From the NCBI GenBank assembly GCA_000165425.1, contig CT868000.1:240173-297279 (forward strand): 57,107 bases of DNA. The letters are read 5' to 3'. The notes below the pieces were generated by a model. It did not search any database, was not told where the DNA came from, and saw only the letters and a list, made by a program, of their open reading frames with translations. The number at the start of each line of letters is the position of its first letter. Position 1 is the stretch's first letter. The stretch comes from Paramecium tetraurelia (Eukaryota). Of this stretch, positions 37,011-51,001 are shown piece after piece. The position numbers were made by a program, and so were the translations under genes.

Positions 37011-37653
37011 TTATAAATATAAAAATCAAAATCCAATTTCATCTAACATAATTATTAGATTAAACCTTATATTTGTACAAAATATTGATTAATAACAGAA
37101 GTGATAAATTTGTTAGAGATGTTTATTCATATTGATTTATGAATTGAAATTAAATATTTTATGAAAAATAATATATATAGATCAGTTTTAAATACTTTAT
37201 TCATTCTATTCATAATGAGCTGAGTAAATATTCATCATTCTGATAAATTATTACAAATTTTAATTTTTACTATTAAAATTATTTTTTAAATAATTATGGG
37301 TTTAGGATAATCTAAAAAATAGTCTTCTTGTACGAATTTAAAAATCTCTCAACTCCATTATATCAGTCTTGTTATAGGGTTAAGGATTTCTGTTAAGCCT
37401 TTATTAGTTTACTATTTTTATTTAATTCTAATAATGTCTGACTGTCAAGAATCATTATGTTCCAAAGTGGTTTAAAGGTTGGATATGTTATTATGAATTA
37501 ATATGAAAAAGATATGAAAAAGTAATGATAAATTATCATTGTAAATATGATAAATATTGAAATTAATTATGATTATTAATAAATTAGGACTTGCTTAATA
37601 ACTGTATATATAAATGTAATTTTTAGATTTGTTTATTTAATAAAAATATTGTA

Positions 37654-37983
37654 ATGATATCCGAGTTTGATATTCTTAACTATTATCCGCTCTAATTATA
37701 CGATTTGTAAATGCCCATGACTTCACAACTGGAAATTGAAAATTTCAACGAGAATGAATGCTCAGCAAGAAAATTAAGGGTTAGCTCCTAATGTTTAATT
37801 TTAAAAAAGTATAAGAAATTTAATGTTCTAGAAAAATCAGACATAAGCCAAAAAGACCATCGCTATTAAAAATAGATGAAACCGCCAGGAATGTTAAAAT
37901 TTACAGCCTTAGGCCGAGTCAGACGAATTTAGAGAATCTAAATGAAGACTAAAAATAAATTGATGACTGAGATAACTCCTTGA
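37654..37983 (+). CDS. Possible small hypothetical protein (109 aa)
   Basis: Open code-6 frame MISEFDILNYYPLQ...TEITP* with higher GC than its flanks; no motif recognised. Confidence 0.35.
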
Positions 37984-38111
37984 AGTCTAAAACTAAATGA
38001 TCTTGATTAATTTATATTTTATGTTATACTTGACAGATTGAAATCCAAAATATAAGATTTGATCATAAAATATTACGAAATATACATTATATATATTTAT
38101 TATTAAACTAA

Positions 38112-39960
38112 ATGAATTAATAAAACATTATCGAATTCTATCCACACATACAGGAACAGTTCTAATCAATCCTTTTCAATTTGTACAGAAATGAAACTTT
38201 ACAAAAATATCATAGCATAATTCAATAAATTAAAACAAAATTCCCATTTCCAAAATAGATGCCATAATTTATGTATCCTAATGCTGAATAAATTTCAGAG
38301 TTCTTTCTATAAAATTATTAACCAATCATTTTGGATTTGCCCGCTCTTTGTTTGAAGCCTAATGTGAAAATAAAGTTATACAAGAATGCTGTATATTTTG
38401 GAGAAATCCATCAAGAAATGAGACAAGGACAAGGAGTTCTTATAAAAGAGAACAAACAAATTTATGAAGGGTATTTTGCACTTGATAAAAAAGATGGGAT
38501 TGGGTTTGAAATATTAAAAGGAGATACATATTATCATGGGCATTACGTTTAGGGTTATCCTCATGGAGAAGGTGTTTATATGTCTGCATCCCATTAGTAC
38601 ATTGGTTAATGGCAACATGGGAAGAAAGTAACAAATTATACTAATAATAAGAGTGGAATCGGATGGTGTGAAGGAAATAAGAATGACTATTTTCTAGGGG
38701 GTTGGGAAAATGGAAAGTTTTATGGATTTGGATTACACATTTATGATTCAATGTATGAATTATAATTAAAATAATAGTTATTTTGGTGAAGTCATCAATG
38801 ATTTAAAGTATGGTTATGGAGAAGAATACTTCCTTGAAGGTGACATTTATAAAGGGTAGTATAAGAATGGCCTACCAAATGGTAAAGGTAAATATATTTG
38901 GAAAAATGGAAATTAATATTAGGGTGATTTTCAAAACGGTTTGAGATGGGGAGATGGATTTTGGGAATAAAAAACAGAAAAAGGCATTTAATTTTATAAA
39001 GGTTAATATGTGAACGACAAGAAAAATGGTCATGGTCATTTTCATTATTCGAATGGCACTTAATTTATTGGTGAATTTAATGAGGATCAAAGACATGGAT
39101 ATGGAGAAATAATTTGGCCAGAAAGGGCTACATATAAAGGGTAGTGGAAACAAGGTTTAATGGAAGGAGAAGGGATGTATTCCTATGAAAATCATAAATT
39201 ACAAGGTATTTGGAAATAAAATTAATTAATTTCATAAGAGAAAGTTCGAGTCTCTTTAAATTAATTTCCAATATAACATTAATTAAAAGATATAGTTGAG
39301 GATGAAGAAATTTAATCTCAAGTTGCAGAAGAGCCAGATCATGAAAAAATTGGTGATAATTTTAAGAAAATCTCTCTCTAAAGCAAAACTAGTCTATGTG
39401 TTTCTGACACTTCTAAATTTCCTTAATTCATTTAACTTTAAAAATAATAAGATATATTAATTGGTGGTCAAACCTATCCAACATAACGAATTAATCAAAC
39501 TACCTCAATTGGTATTTAAACTGAGGTTAATTCAACAAAAAAGAAATTACTTACTGAATTACCATCAATTCAAACAAAGAGAAAAAATATTTAATCAAGT
39601 TACAGTGTTGATAGTAAAACTAAGGTTAAAAATAAGAATTTGAGTGAATCTAATACAAATACTAACTCTCCTAATACGAGAGAAAGTGAATTTAAAAATA
39701 ATAATCTTCAGTAATCATAAGAGAAGAAATCAAGGAAAGTTAAATAAAGGTTATCTTTACTAACAAAAATTGAAGAGAAAGTATTAAAAATTAGACTTGA
39801 AAAAGAAAAATTGAGTCCTTATAAGTTTGAGAAACTGTGGAGTAAAAAAGTACGTCGCGATCCCTTATTATATTAGGTTGTTAATTAAGCTAGATCTCTG
39901 ATATATCCACCTGTATGGATTCCTCCTTCTTTACATCCTTAAATAAAAAGAAAATCGTGA
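38112..39960 (+). CDS. MORN-repeat protein
   Basis: Tandem Y-x-G-x-(F/W)-x-x-x-x-x-x-G-x-G repeats (YEGYFALDKKDGIG, YKGQYKNGLPNGKG, YKGQWKQGLMEGEG); low-complexity tail; two introns. Confidence 0.92.
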
Positions 39961-40026
39961 GAACAACATACTTGATTATTTTTGTAAATAATTTTCCGAA
40001 GATAATTTAAAACAATAATAATTAAT

Positions 40027-41082
40027 TCATTAATTTGGATCATTGATGCTGAGTCGACGATGATCTGAATTATTAATCTAATTATAAATTCGTATTTTTA
40101 CTGTTACTATGAAAGAGTTAATTGTTGTATTATTGCATTTAGAAATTGTCTCCTTTCCCATTATAAATTGGATTGGAAGCATGGTCTTTGAGTAACAAGC
40201 TGTCATTATGATGATTTTTAGGCCACAATATACCATCACCAACAGGACGTCCTCCTTCCATTTAAATTGGCAGGAACCATGACAATTTACTCATTCCAAA
40301 TACTTGTACCCAATTGTAATATGGTTTCAAATCATATTGATTAAAATCATCATTTTGTTAGCCTGTCTCTTCATTTCTTTTCTTCTCTAAGTTTTCTATT
40401 GTGGTTCTATTACTTAATACCAATTCTAAATGAAATTTAAAAAACATAGTTATTAAACATGATGCTAAACAACTAATTCCAAATGCGCATAATAATAAAA
40501 GGGCATCAATAAAATGTAGATCTCCTTCTGAATTAAGATAGAGCATAATATTTTCAAATTCTATGTATAAACCATAACCCAATCCAATTACAGCGCAATA
40601 GGAATCAAGAATAACATAAAATAGCATTTGCATAAAAAACTTTCTATTTTGGAATCCAACGCAATTATTTATCCAAGGACAATGGTGATCCATATTTAAC
40701 ACGCATCGATTACATGCTGAACAATGCTAATTATTTTTTATCAAACTAAAATACATGGCATCTCTCAGGTTTGAAAATATGACAAACTAAACAAAACTTC
40801 CTTTTTTTTTACTCAGGGTCGTTCAAAAAATATCCCCAGTTTTAGGGAACTCTGCCTGGGTCTGTAAACATTGTTTTAAATAGACTCCAACCCAATAAAG
40901 TAGTTAATATCGTAAATAACAACAAATAAGGAATCCTATAACTCGAACCTATTTGAAATATTATATCATATTTTACTTTCAATCAAATCCATCCAAACTA
41001 CTTTAACATTAACTATGTAAACGAACACAATTGAAAAACAAATGAAGTAAATGAAAAATTTATTAAGGTACTTCTTAATCAT
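40027..41082 (-). CDS. DHHC palmitoyltransferase
   Basis: [53 protein letters not shown] helices. Confidence 0.96.
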
Positions 41083-41262
41083 TCCTTGGTATAAATAATA
41101 ATATAAATTCAAATTATATAAATTTCATATAAGAATAGTTTATTCATTTTTAGGTTTCCCTCTGCTTGAATTAATATTAACTCTAGTTATTTTCTATTGT
41201 ACCCAAATCCTTATGTGTAATTTCTTTTACTTGTGAATTCAATAATATTAAAAATTCATAAA

Positions 41263-41688
41263 ATGAATTATAAAGTAGAGTCAGCTGATGAATACTTAAG
41301 AAGAAATAGAATTATGGAATTATTTGAAGATCTTTGCACTAAAGCCAGCTACATTTAGCCTGAGAATTTAGAAGAGTTTTTTGTTGAAGACTTGAAGATT
41401 AAATAAAAATAAGGGTATCAATAAAATATAACGATTGTTTAGATTCATCACTCCAATCTTTACAAAGGCAGAAATTTAAAATATTTTTGAATTATTTGAT
41501 TTAAAACGTGATGGATATATTACATAAGAGAATTGTAGAAAGGCATTATTAACAATTGCATCATCTCAAAAATAATAAGAAGTAATAGAAGCCACTCAAG
41601 TAAATCATATATTTTATAAATCTAGGTAATTGATGAAAAAGTCGATATCAATAGATTTTAGAGATTGGTTGAATAATTCTTAGGATGA
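41263..41688 (+). CDS. EFCAB10: EFCAB10-like protein (RIIa-type D/D helix + EF hand)
   Basis: ADEYLRRNRIMELFEDL...QPENLEEF; IFTKAEIQNIFELFDLKRDGYIT; two introns. Confidence 0.75.
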
Positions 41689-41946
41689 AATACTCTAACA
41701 CATTATTTTATTATGATAATAAAAATCTATAATATAGGAAATTATATTAATAATAATATAAATTTATTATGAAAGATCTAATCTTTCAAAGACTTACTAT
41801 TTCAATTGTATTATTACAAAATCCCCAAGTATTCAAAAAATTATTTAATAACTAAGAATAATTTATTAACATGAAAATTGAAATATGCATTTACATATAT
41901 AGCAAATATAATCCTGATAAAAAATATCCAATTAAAATCTAAATAA

Positions 41947-43066
41947 ATGACCAAGCCCATCCCAATGGCCTTACTCTAGAACAAAATAGGCTCTTAACCT
42001 TATCATGAGGTAAAAAAGTTAAATCTTTGGGGAATAGATTGTGAGGATGCACCTTCTCTCACTATGTTTCCTAACCTTTAAATTCTCTAATTATCAAGAA
42101 ATTAGATTAGAACCTTGAAACATATAAGCGGATTAAAGTAATTAAAAGAACTTTATCTTGAGAAAAATAATATTAAAGATATTAAAGAATTAGAGTATTT
42201 AAAAGAATTATATAACCTACGAGTTTTAAGTTTGATAGGTTTAAAATCCATTATATATATTAGAAAATCCTGTTGTGAAGCATCCTGAATATAAAAAAGT
42301 GGCTTTAAAGCATTGTTTAGCATTGCAAGTGCTGGATGAATTCAAAATATTGGAATAGGATCGATAATTCTTAAAAGAGCAAGAATTGTCTGTTTAAGAT
42401 TTATAATAGAATTTGGATGCTAATTCAAATCAGATGGATACAAAAGAAAATCAAAATGAAAAGCAAGTTATTGCTTCCAAAAAGAAAGTTAAAGGAATAA
42501 AAAAGTTGAAAGTGGAACCTAAATCTTCTTAATCATCTAATCAATCAATAAATGGGTCAAAAAATAGGCTTGATATTCATTCCTAATTGATATAAAATAC
42601 TAATGATGATGATAAAATAAATCAATTTAATTCAAAACCCTCTCAATAATCTAGGAAAAATACCTAAAAGTGCATCACAAAAACTAAAGCCAAAATGACT
42701 AAAAAATAAGCTGAACCTTAACCCCAATACATTGAATTAGGATCAGATTCAGATTGTTCTTAATCCAATAAAATCAAAACTAAAAAGAGCACTTTGAAAA
42801 AGTTAAAAAAGTTATCAGATATATCTGAGTAGAATAGCCAGCTAGTATAATCTAATCAGAATGCAGAGGAACAAGAAAAGGATCTTTAAGAATCTCAGAA
42901 GTCAATTCGACAAGAAAACAGCGAAGAGGATGAAGAAAATCAAATAGATAGTAGAGATGAAAAATTAAGTCAGCATTTGCTTTCAGTTATATAAAACTTA
43001 ATAAAGTTTATTGATAAAACCGCTTTGTAATGCTTATATTAGATTTTATGTGAGAAAGATAAATGA
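41947..43066 (+). CDS. Leucine-rich repeat protein (CFAP410/C21orf2-like)
   Basis: VKKLNLWG, LQILQLSRNQI, LKELYLEKNNI, LRVLSLIENP, LRRcap YKKVALKHCLALQVLD; disordered tail. Confidence 0.8.
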
Positions 43067-43222
43067 ATTTATTCAAGATAATATGAATATATTAATAATT
43101 CGATTATGAATCTAATAATTGATTTAATTTAAGGAGTAATTCTTAAACCTATTCTTCGTTATTCTGTCTATATTTTCTAAAATTTAATTTGATTATAAAT
43201 TAACATTATAATTTATATTGTA

Positions 43223-45573
43223 ATGCAATACTCTAATAAGGATAAATAGAAATAAGAGTTAAATTTTCAATTGTTGGATGAACTTAGAGTGTTTGTGACT
43301 GGAACATTTGCTGCTTTCACTGAAGATGTGAAATCGTAAATAAAAGTAATCTACTTCATTATCAACATAGTAAAACAATGGATATTTTTAAAATTTAGAT
43401 GGAGAAAAGGGTTGGATAATCCCCATAAACAATTATTAGAATTTGATAACCAACGTATAATTGATTAGAATTAATAGATAAGATCATAATAGATGGATAT
43501 TGTAATAAAATAATTGCCTCAATTATTGTAGAAGTTATAAAATCTCAACATGAAAGAAATTAAATATTTTGATAATGGATAATTGGTTACTTTGAAGTAT
43601 GATAATATGATAAATTATGAATAAATCGACAAAGCATTGCATGAAAATTTGTATTAATATCAAAGAGATTGTATTAAATAAGGATTAAAATTTAATGGTC
43701 GAATTTTGATTGCAGATGATATGGGTGTTGGTAAGACAGTACAATCTCTGGCTCTTGCAAGCATGTATAAATAAAATTGGCCTTTATTAATCATGTGTCC
43801 TTCGCCATTGAGATTGAATTGGTAGGATGAAATCATACACTGGTTAAAAATCTATAAAACAGACATCTAGTTAATCAATAGTGGTCGAGAAGGAATAAGA
43901 ATGAATGCCAAAATAGTTATAGTTTCATATGATATTGTTAGTAAAATAAAAGATGTAAAAATTGAGATAACATTTAGAGTTTAATGAGTAGAAAGTTTTA
44001 AATTTGCATAGCAGATGAGTGTCATTACTTAAAAAGCCCTTCAGCAATCCGAAGTCAAGCATGTGTTCCTATTTTGAGATAATGCATGAGAACAATTTTA
44101 TTGACTGGCACACCTGCATTATCTAAACCAAGAGATTTATTTAATTTGTTGAATATAATTCGACCTGATATTTTTGGTAGTTTCAAGGAATTTGGATATC
44201 GATACTGTGATCCAAAGTTGAGTAGATATACAAAAGGGATTGATTTTGATGGTGCATCAAACTTAAAAGAATTGCACTTTTTGTTAACTAACTATATCAT
44301 GATTAGAAGGTTAAAGAAAGATGTTTTGAATTAGTTACCTGAAAAGAGAAGGGTGAAAGTAAGAATTCCGGGGGAGGCAAGTCTAGTTAAGTAAATAGAT
44401 GCACTTTTAAAATAATTGGGGAATATTGACATTCAACAGCTTATCAATAAGGATGCCATTTTTTAGGAATCCTCAAAGGACCATAGCGAGCAATTACTAT
44501 CTATAAATTCAATTTTGTAGAAATGTTATATGTTAACAGGCTAAGCAAAAATAAAGGCAATAAAGGATTATATAAATACATTGTTTGAAAATGAAATCAA
44601 ATTTTTATTCTTTGCTCATCATTAGGATGTATTGGATGCAGTTCAGGAATATTGTGTAGAGAATAATATTTAATATATGAGAATTGATGGTAGCGTTAGT
44701 ATTGAATAAAGACATTTGAATGTGCAAATGTTTTAAAATAATGAGGCTATTCGAATTGCTATTTTGAGTGTTACATCTGCAAACTATGGAATTACATTGA
44801 CAGCAGCATCAACCATAGTCTTTGGTGAAATGCATTGGACTCCTGCTATCATGATGTAAGCAGAGGATAGGGCACATAGAATTGGTTAAGTTTAATGCGT
44901 TGACTGTCATTATTTAATTGGGGATGGTACATTAGATGATCATATTTTCAATAAGATAGAAAATAAAATGAATACGGTCTCAAATTTTATTGATGGATAA
45001 AAATAAAATTTAGGTGCCTAAGAATTTTCAGCAAACGAAATCTTAATGAAAGGTACTTAAAAGGCCTCATTGATTTCTGATAAATGCGAACCTGTCTTCT
45101 AAGAAGCAAATGTATAATCTTCAATCTAGACATTAACTGAAGATGATATAGAGGAGATCTATCAACTTCTAGAATCTAAAGAAAAACATAAAGATTAATC
45201 ATTTGAATTAGAATAACCAGAGATTCAATAAGAAAATGTCAATTTAATTTAAGTTGATCTTTCAAGTTAGATAAAAAATTAATGTTCTTCTTTTAAATCG
45301 CAATTATTGGATAAATATTTGAGTAGCAACAAAGTAAAGAAAGAAGTAATTGATGATAACAAAGAGCTTAACAAGATATAAATGATTATTGAATAAAACA
45401 ATTTAATAGCTTTTGCAAAACCCTAAAAATTAAGTTATGAATATTTATAGAGTCGATTAGATGGAGATGACAAATCAAAACAAATAGGATAAAAGAAACT
45501 CCTTCTCAAATCAGCTAATTAGTAATCAATATCCAAAATCAATATTGAACCTTTTGACTAAATTTTAAATTGA
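43223..45573 (+). CDS. SMARCAL1: SNF2-family annealing helicase (SMARCAL1/ZRANB3-like)
   Basis: GRILIADDMGVGKTVQ, ADECHYLK, LLTGTPALSKP, MIRRLKKDVL, FAHH, RIDGS, GITLTAA, EMHWTP, QAEDRAHRIGQ. Confidence 0.88.
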
Positions 45574-45791
45574 GTTATTAATATATTTTAGTATTATTTT
45601 ATATTTCATTAGTTTTCATATTAATTGTAGAATTTTTCTACCTTTAATTTTTAATATAAGAGGATTTGTGCTAAAAAAAGAATTTTTCGATAATTCCTCC
45701 TGGTCACTAAATAACTATATATTATCGATGATTTTATTATAATTATATCAATATTCTATAAAATGAAACCATATATTAATTGCAATAACAA

Positions 45792-46752
45792 TCAGTTTTA
45801 ACTATTAAGATAGTGCAGGTATTATTCATATCTTAATGGAGATTATCTCTCATTTATGGCTTATTTTTCAATTTTTCCATCTTTGATATAAATTATTCTG
45901 TGGGCATAACATTCAAGATCAGGATTATGAGTAACCATAACCATAGTACAAGGAATGTGATTAGATTCGTTATATCCAAAATTGTTAAGTTTCAATAATA
46001 TGTCCATGACTTCAACAGTTGATTTTGAATCTAAATCTCCTGTAGGTTCATCCAATAATAAAATCTAAGGTGAATTCGCCAAAGATCTTGCTATAGCCAC
46101 TCTCTACTATTCACCACCCGATAATTCTGATGGTAAATGATCCATTCTGTCTTATAAGCCAACACTTTTCAGTAATTCTCTGACTCTTTTTTTTATTTCT
46201 TTCTCTGACTTTAGTTTATAGATAATTATATTACTAACTTAGCCAAGATTCTCATAGGTAACTCAACATTTTCATAAGCTGTCATTGTGGCTATTAAATT
46301 AAATGTCTAGAACACAAATCCTATAGTTGTCAACCTAAGGTCACTCAAGTATGAATCTTTTGATAATTTATTAACTTCTCTTCCTAATAATCCTATTCTA
46401 ATATTTATAAGTAACTTATTGTGCCGCTAGTTGGCGTGTCTATTGTTCCTACTTAGTTTAGGAATGTTGTTTTTCCACCACCAGATGGACCTCGAATAAT
46501 TACAAACTCTCCCCTTTTGATTGGATAAAATTCATCGTGTTATTTTAAATTGATTTCCTTAAGTGCATAAATCTTTTCATCTCTTCCAATTAGATTAAAC
46601 TCTTAGAAATTTAAGATTAGGATACCTTTTGATACATCTTCGCATTCAATTACATTTTCATCATCTGGTCCAAATTCTTTTGAAGGCAAATTGTATATGT
46701 CTCTTCCCTATCCTTACAAAGCTTCTTTATCTGGAGATCCTGAGAAAATCAT
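45792..46752 (-). CDS. Stand-alone ABC ATPase of LolD/MacB/FtsE type
   Basis: Walker A GPSGGGKTT, IGFVFQTFNL, signature LSGGEQQRVAIARSLAN, Walker B LLLDEPTGDLDS, VTHN; no TM domain; three introns. Confidence 0.92.
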
Positions 46753-46804
46753 TAATCAAGATAGATTGTAAATTTTTATTATAATTAATAATTTTCTAGT
46801 TAAC

Positions 46805-47789
46805 TCAGCTGATCTTACTGATTTTATGTGCTGTTTAGAGAGACTGGTACTTCAGTTCTAGATGTATTGGAATGTATAATAAATTAAGTTTAGAAGAGGA
46901 CTCATAGATTAATAATATTTTTTGTGTTTAAACAAATTGAAATCAATGGAAATTGATATAATCAAGTCCTATCTTCAAATTGACTTAATAATTAGCTAAA
47001 ATCTAATATTTAAGGTTTAATTTAATGAAGCTAGTTGCTACAATTATCTATACATTTGCATAGGTCTGTACATCTTTGATTTCTTTTGAGACATTCACAG
47101 TATTTCTTTGAGCAACTATAGATTGAATTAAAAAATATAATACTTTTATTTTTGACATTTACATCCTTAAAATTCAATTGTAGGGCTTACCAATTACATT
47201 TTACCACTTGATTATTTTACTTATTTATTGCAACATCCGGTGCATTCACACTTAAATGAACATTCTTATCCATATTAAAAGCATTCACAATAATATTTTA
47301 TACATTTAGTTTTTTTACATCTACATGTAATTGATTCATTCCTAATATTCTAATATTATTATTATAAACTAATGAATTTAGCATTATTATATTTACTGAT
47401 CTGAGGGTTGTACTTTCTCTAATTTATTTACTATGACGTTGTCTCTTCTTATCTCTATTGAATTTATCAAATCCAAAGTGTAGGATGAATTGACTAATGT
47501 TATTAACTTGTTGTATACCTTTATACTCCTTATTGGTTGTTCTTTTTTATCTAAAAATGGATTAATCTTTCTTAATGACTAGCTGGTCATCATCAAATTT
47601 GATTCGTCTGATTATTTTGTTTACTTTTTCTTCCAATTTTTATTCGTTCTTTAAAGTTTATATTGATTTATTTTGGAATTGTAAAGGAGAATCTTTTAAT
47701 CCAAATTCTTCTATCGTCTAGATATTTTCCTATTATTACTATTAAACCTTTTTAGGAGTTTTAACTAAATGAATTTTAAAATTATACAT
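46805..47789 (-). CDS. Tesmin/TSO1 CXC-domain protein (Lin-54-like)
   Basis: Two CXC motifs: CRCKKTKCIKYYCECF..C...CECTGCCN and GCKCQK..CSKKYCECL...CTDLCKC. Confidence 0.82.
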
Positions 47790-48881
47790 TCATATTCATT
47801 TAGTTGCTTTTACTTGAAAAAACCACTCATTATTATAAACTCCAATTATCAAAATTAATACATAAGTATACATCCAATATTAATATATACATCTATCATT
47901 TATTGTATTACATTAGACAACTTTATCACTTCCCACCAATTTACCGCCAAAGTATCAGAATTCGTCAGTCCAAATAAAAATAGTATTACAAATAATTTTT
48001 TAAGTTTAGGCTGAATATTTAAAGGCTTTTTTAAATTATATATATTATTTTTCTATATTTCCTATGAATCTACTTATTTAATTCCCTAGAACTCATCTTT
48101 CATTTGAAATAAATACAAAAATTGTTTTAATTTTTTTTACTAACTTTTGTTCCATTTAAAATTGCAATTTACCAGTCTAATTAATCACTTTCCTCCCTTC
48201 TTATTAATCTAACATTTTACAATTAAATTTTATTTATTATGTAAATTTAATCAGAAAAAATAATCTCAATAAAATGATTGAATATTTCTTGTTTAAAGAT
48301 TAATTTTATTGTTACAACAAATTATTTTTTATAAACATATTAATAGATTTTATAATTAAAAACTTTAATACAAATGAGAACTATCGTAATAATTGAAGAA
48401 AATGTTAATACCATTTAATTTTAGGTTGGTAAAATGAATTCCTATCGATTACAAATAGAGGAACCTTATTTGTGAATTGATCTAATACAGGATTCAATTA
48501 ATAATCTTTAAAATTGAATATTTCAGATTCAACTTCAAAAAATAATTCATTCTATTACAAATAACTTTTTTTTTTAATAAATATACTATATTTAGATAGC
48601 AAGAATTATTGTAAAATCATTCTCTATCTTACAAAATTGAATGAATTTCAAAAAGCATTACCTAATGAAACATGACTAGTTCCAAATATATCTAATTTGA
48701 TGTATTTTAATTATATGGCAATAAATTCATTAAGTAATTTTATTTATTAGTGTATCTTGATTTGAAAATAGTCCAATTTGATAAATTGACTTAGTATTTT
48801 AACCTTTATATTAACATTCTAAAATTTACAGTTTGTAAAATTTGGATTGATTTGATTTATTATATTAAATATAAAATAAAA

Positions 48882-49540
48882 ATGGGGCTTTGGGCTTGGA
48901 CATTGAACTAGATGCTAACTCCTAAATTTTGGACTTTGGTTCGAAGAGAAGGTAATACTAAACTATTAAGACTTAGGATTTTGGCAAACCTATATTAGAA
49001 TGCACAGAGCTTAATCAAGATCAAGTCATTATGCAGGAGGTTAAAATGGGCCAATCCAATGCGTTGGCTAAGATTAATTTGGCAATAAATATTATGAAGA
49101 TTTTGATGTCACACGTATACTGTGTAAACAAGCAATTTTTAGATCGAAATCAAAGGAGATGGGTCGAATATAATGATTATTTCAACCCATGGCATACTCT
49201 TGGAGATAGGGTTCCTCCAATATGGCATGGTTGGATGGCACATGTCTATGATGAGGCTCCTTCCAGAACTGGGCATTCATATTTTGTTTAGCCATTTTAT
49301 TAGAAACCTGCAACAGACAATCAATCACCCACACCTAATCATTATTTTCCTTAAGGAGCAATGCAAAGTTTAAATAGATTAGAATTTATGTAAAGTCTTT
49401 CTTGAAAATATTTAAGCAAATACCATAGAGATAGAAGAGCAGCTCCTTTTGAGCCAGGACAATCCCAAGGATTTGAAGGAAAGAAACTAATAGTTGAAAG
49501 ACAGAGCTATTCAGAGGATGTAATGGCAAATAGAGAATGA
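48882..49540 (+). CDS. NDUFA12: Complex I subunit NDUFA12 (B17.2)
   Basis: CVGQDQFGNKYYE, RRWVEY, RVPPIWHGWM; three tiny introns. Confidence 0.93.
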
Positions 49541-49619
49541 TTTAATATATAAATATAAGATATTATCGAGAAGCTAATAATTTTGAGTTCGATGTAATTA
49601 ATGATTAAATAATTAATTT

Positions 49620-50910
49620 ATGGATAAGCACAATTTATAAGAGAATGTAGAGTATGAAACTTCAGAATAAATAACTATTTATCCTACTTTTGAATCTATG
49701 TCATTGAGGGAAGAACTTTTAAGAGGTACATATTTAGGAAAATCTTAGGCATCTATGCTTTTGGTTTTAATAAACCTTCAGCAGTGTAACAAAGAGCAAT
49801 TGTTCCTGTAATATAAGGAAGAGACGTTATAGTATAGAGTCAGAGTGGTACTGGTAAGACTGCAGTATTTAGTTTGTCAGCTTTGTCGATGATAGATTTA
49901 TCTATTAGGTAGAAGATTATTTTTATTATTCTTAGGGAACCTTAAGTATTGATTTTATCGAATACAAGAGAGCTGGCAGAACAAAGTGCAAAAGTGGCTA
50001 TGGCTTTAGGAGATTTTCTTAATGTTTCAAGTAAGAATGTTAGTCGATAATATGATAGTTCATGCTTGTATTGGTGGACATTCTATTTAAGATGATATCA
50101 GCAAACTGTAGCATGGAGTATAGATAGTATCCGGTACTCCAGGCAGAGTATTTGATATGATATAGAGGAAAGAATTAAGAGTTCGCCATTTAAAAATGTT
50201 GATTCTTGATGAAGCTGACGAAATGTTAACTAAAGGATTCAAATAATAAGTTTATGATATCTATAGATATTTACCACCAACAACTTAGAATGTGGTAGTA
50301 TCAGCAACCTTGCCTCAAGAAATACTTGATATGACAGACAAATTCATGAACAATCCCCTTAAGATATTAGTGAAAAGAGATGAATTGACATTAGAAGGAA
50401 TTAAACAATTCTTTATTTAAGTGGATAAAGAAGAATGGAAGTTCGATACTTTATGTGATTTATATGATACCCTAACTATCACTTAAGCAGTTATCTTTTG
50501 TTCTACCATTAATAAGTGCGAATGGTTAGCAAATAAGATGAGAGAACATGAATTTACTGTGGTCTAGATGAACGGAAAAATGTCTTAAAAGGAAAGAGAT
50601 AAAATTATGGCCGAATTTAGATAAGGAAATAAGAGAGTTTTGATTGCTACTGATGTTTGGGGAAGAGGTACTATTATTAAATTAACAAAAAGGTCTTGAC
50701 GTTCAATAAGTATCCTTAGTAATCAATTATGATTTACCAAACTCTAGAGAATTGTACATCCACAGAATTGGTAGGTCTGGCAGATTTGGAAGAAAGGGTG
50801 TTGCCATCAATTTTGTTAAATAAGAAGACGTCAGACTTCTGAGAGATATTGAATAATATTATTCAACACAAATTGATGAAATGCCTATGAATGTGACAGA
50901 TTTATTATGA
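49620..50910 (+). CDS. EIF4A3: DEAD-box helicase eIF4A-III (exon junction complex)
   Basis: [67 protein letters not shown]. Confidence 0.95.
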
Positions 50911-51001
50911 AATTAATTATTAATTCAATATAGCAATTTATTCCCAGAAATACTCTATTGGTAATCAATAATTATATACTTTTATTTTTTATTAATATAA
51001 T

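Noticed and set aside
7269..43066. Functional clustering of ciliary genes (WDR63, LC4, SF-assemblin, EFCAB10, LRR)
   Set aside because: Ciliary genes are abundant in this genome and are interspersed here with unrelated genes; there is no evidence beyond chance.
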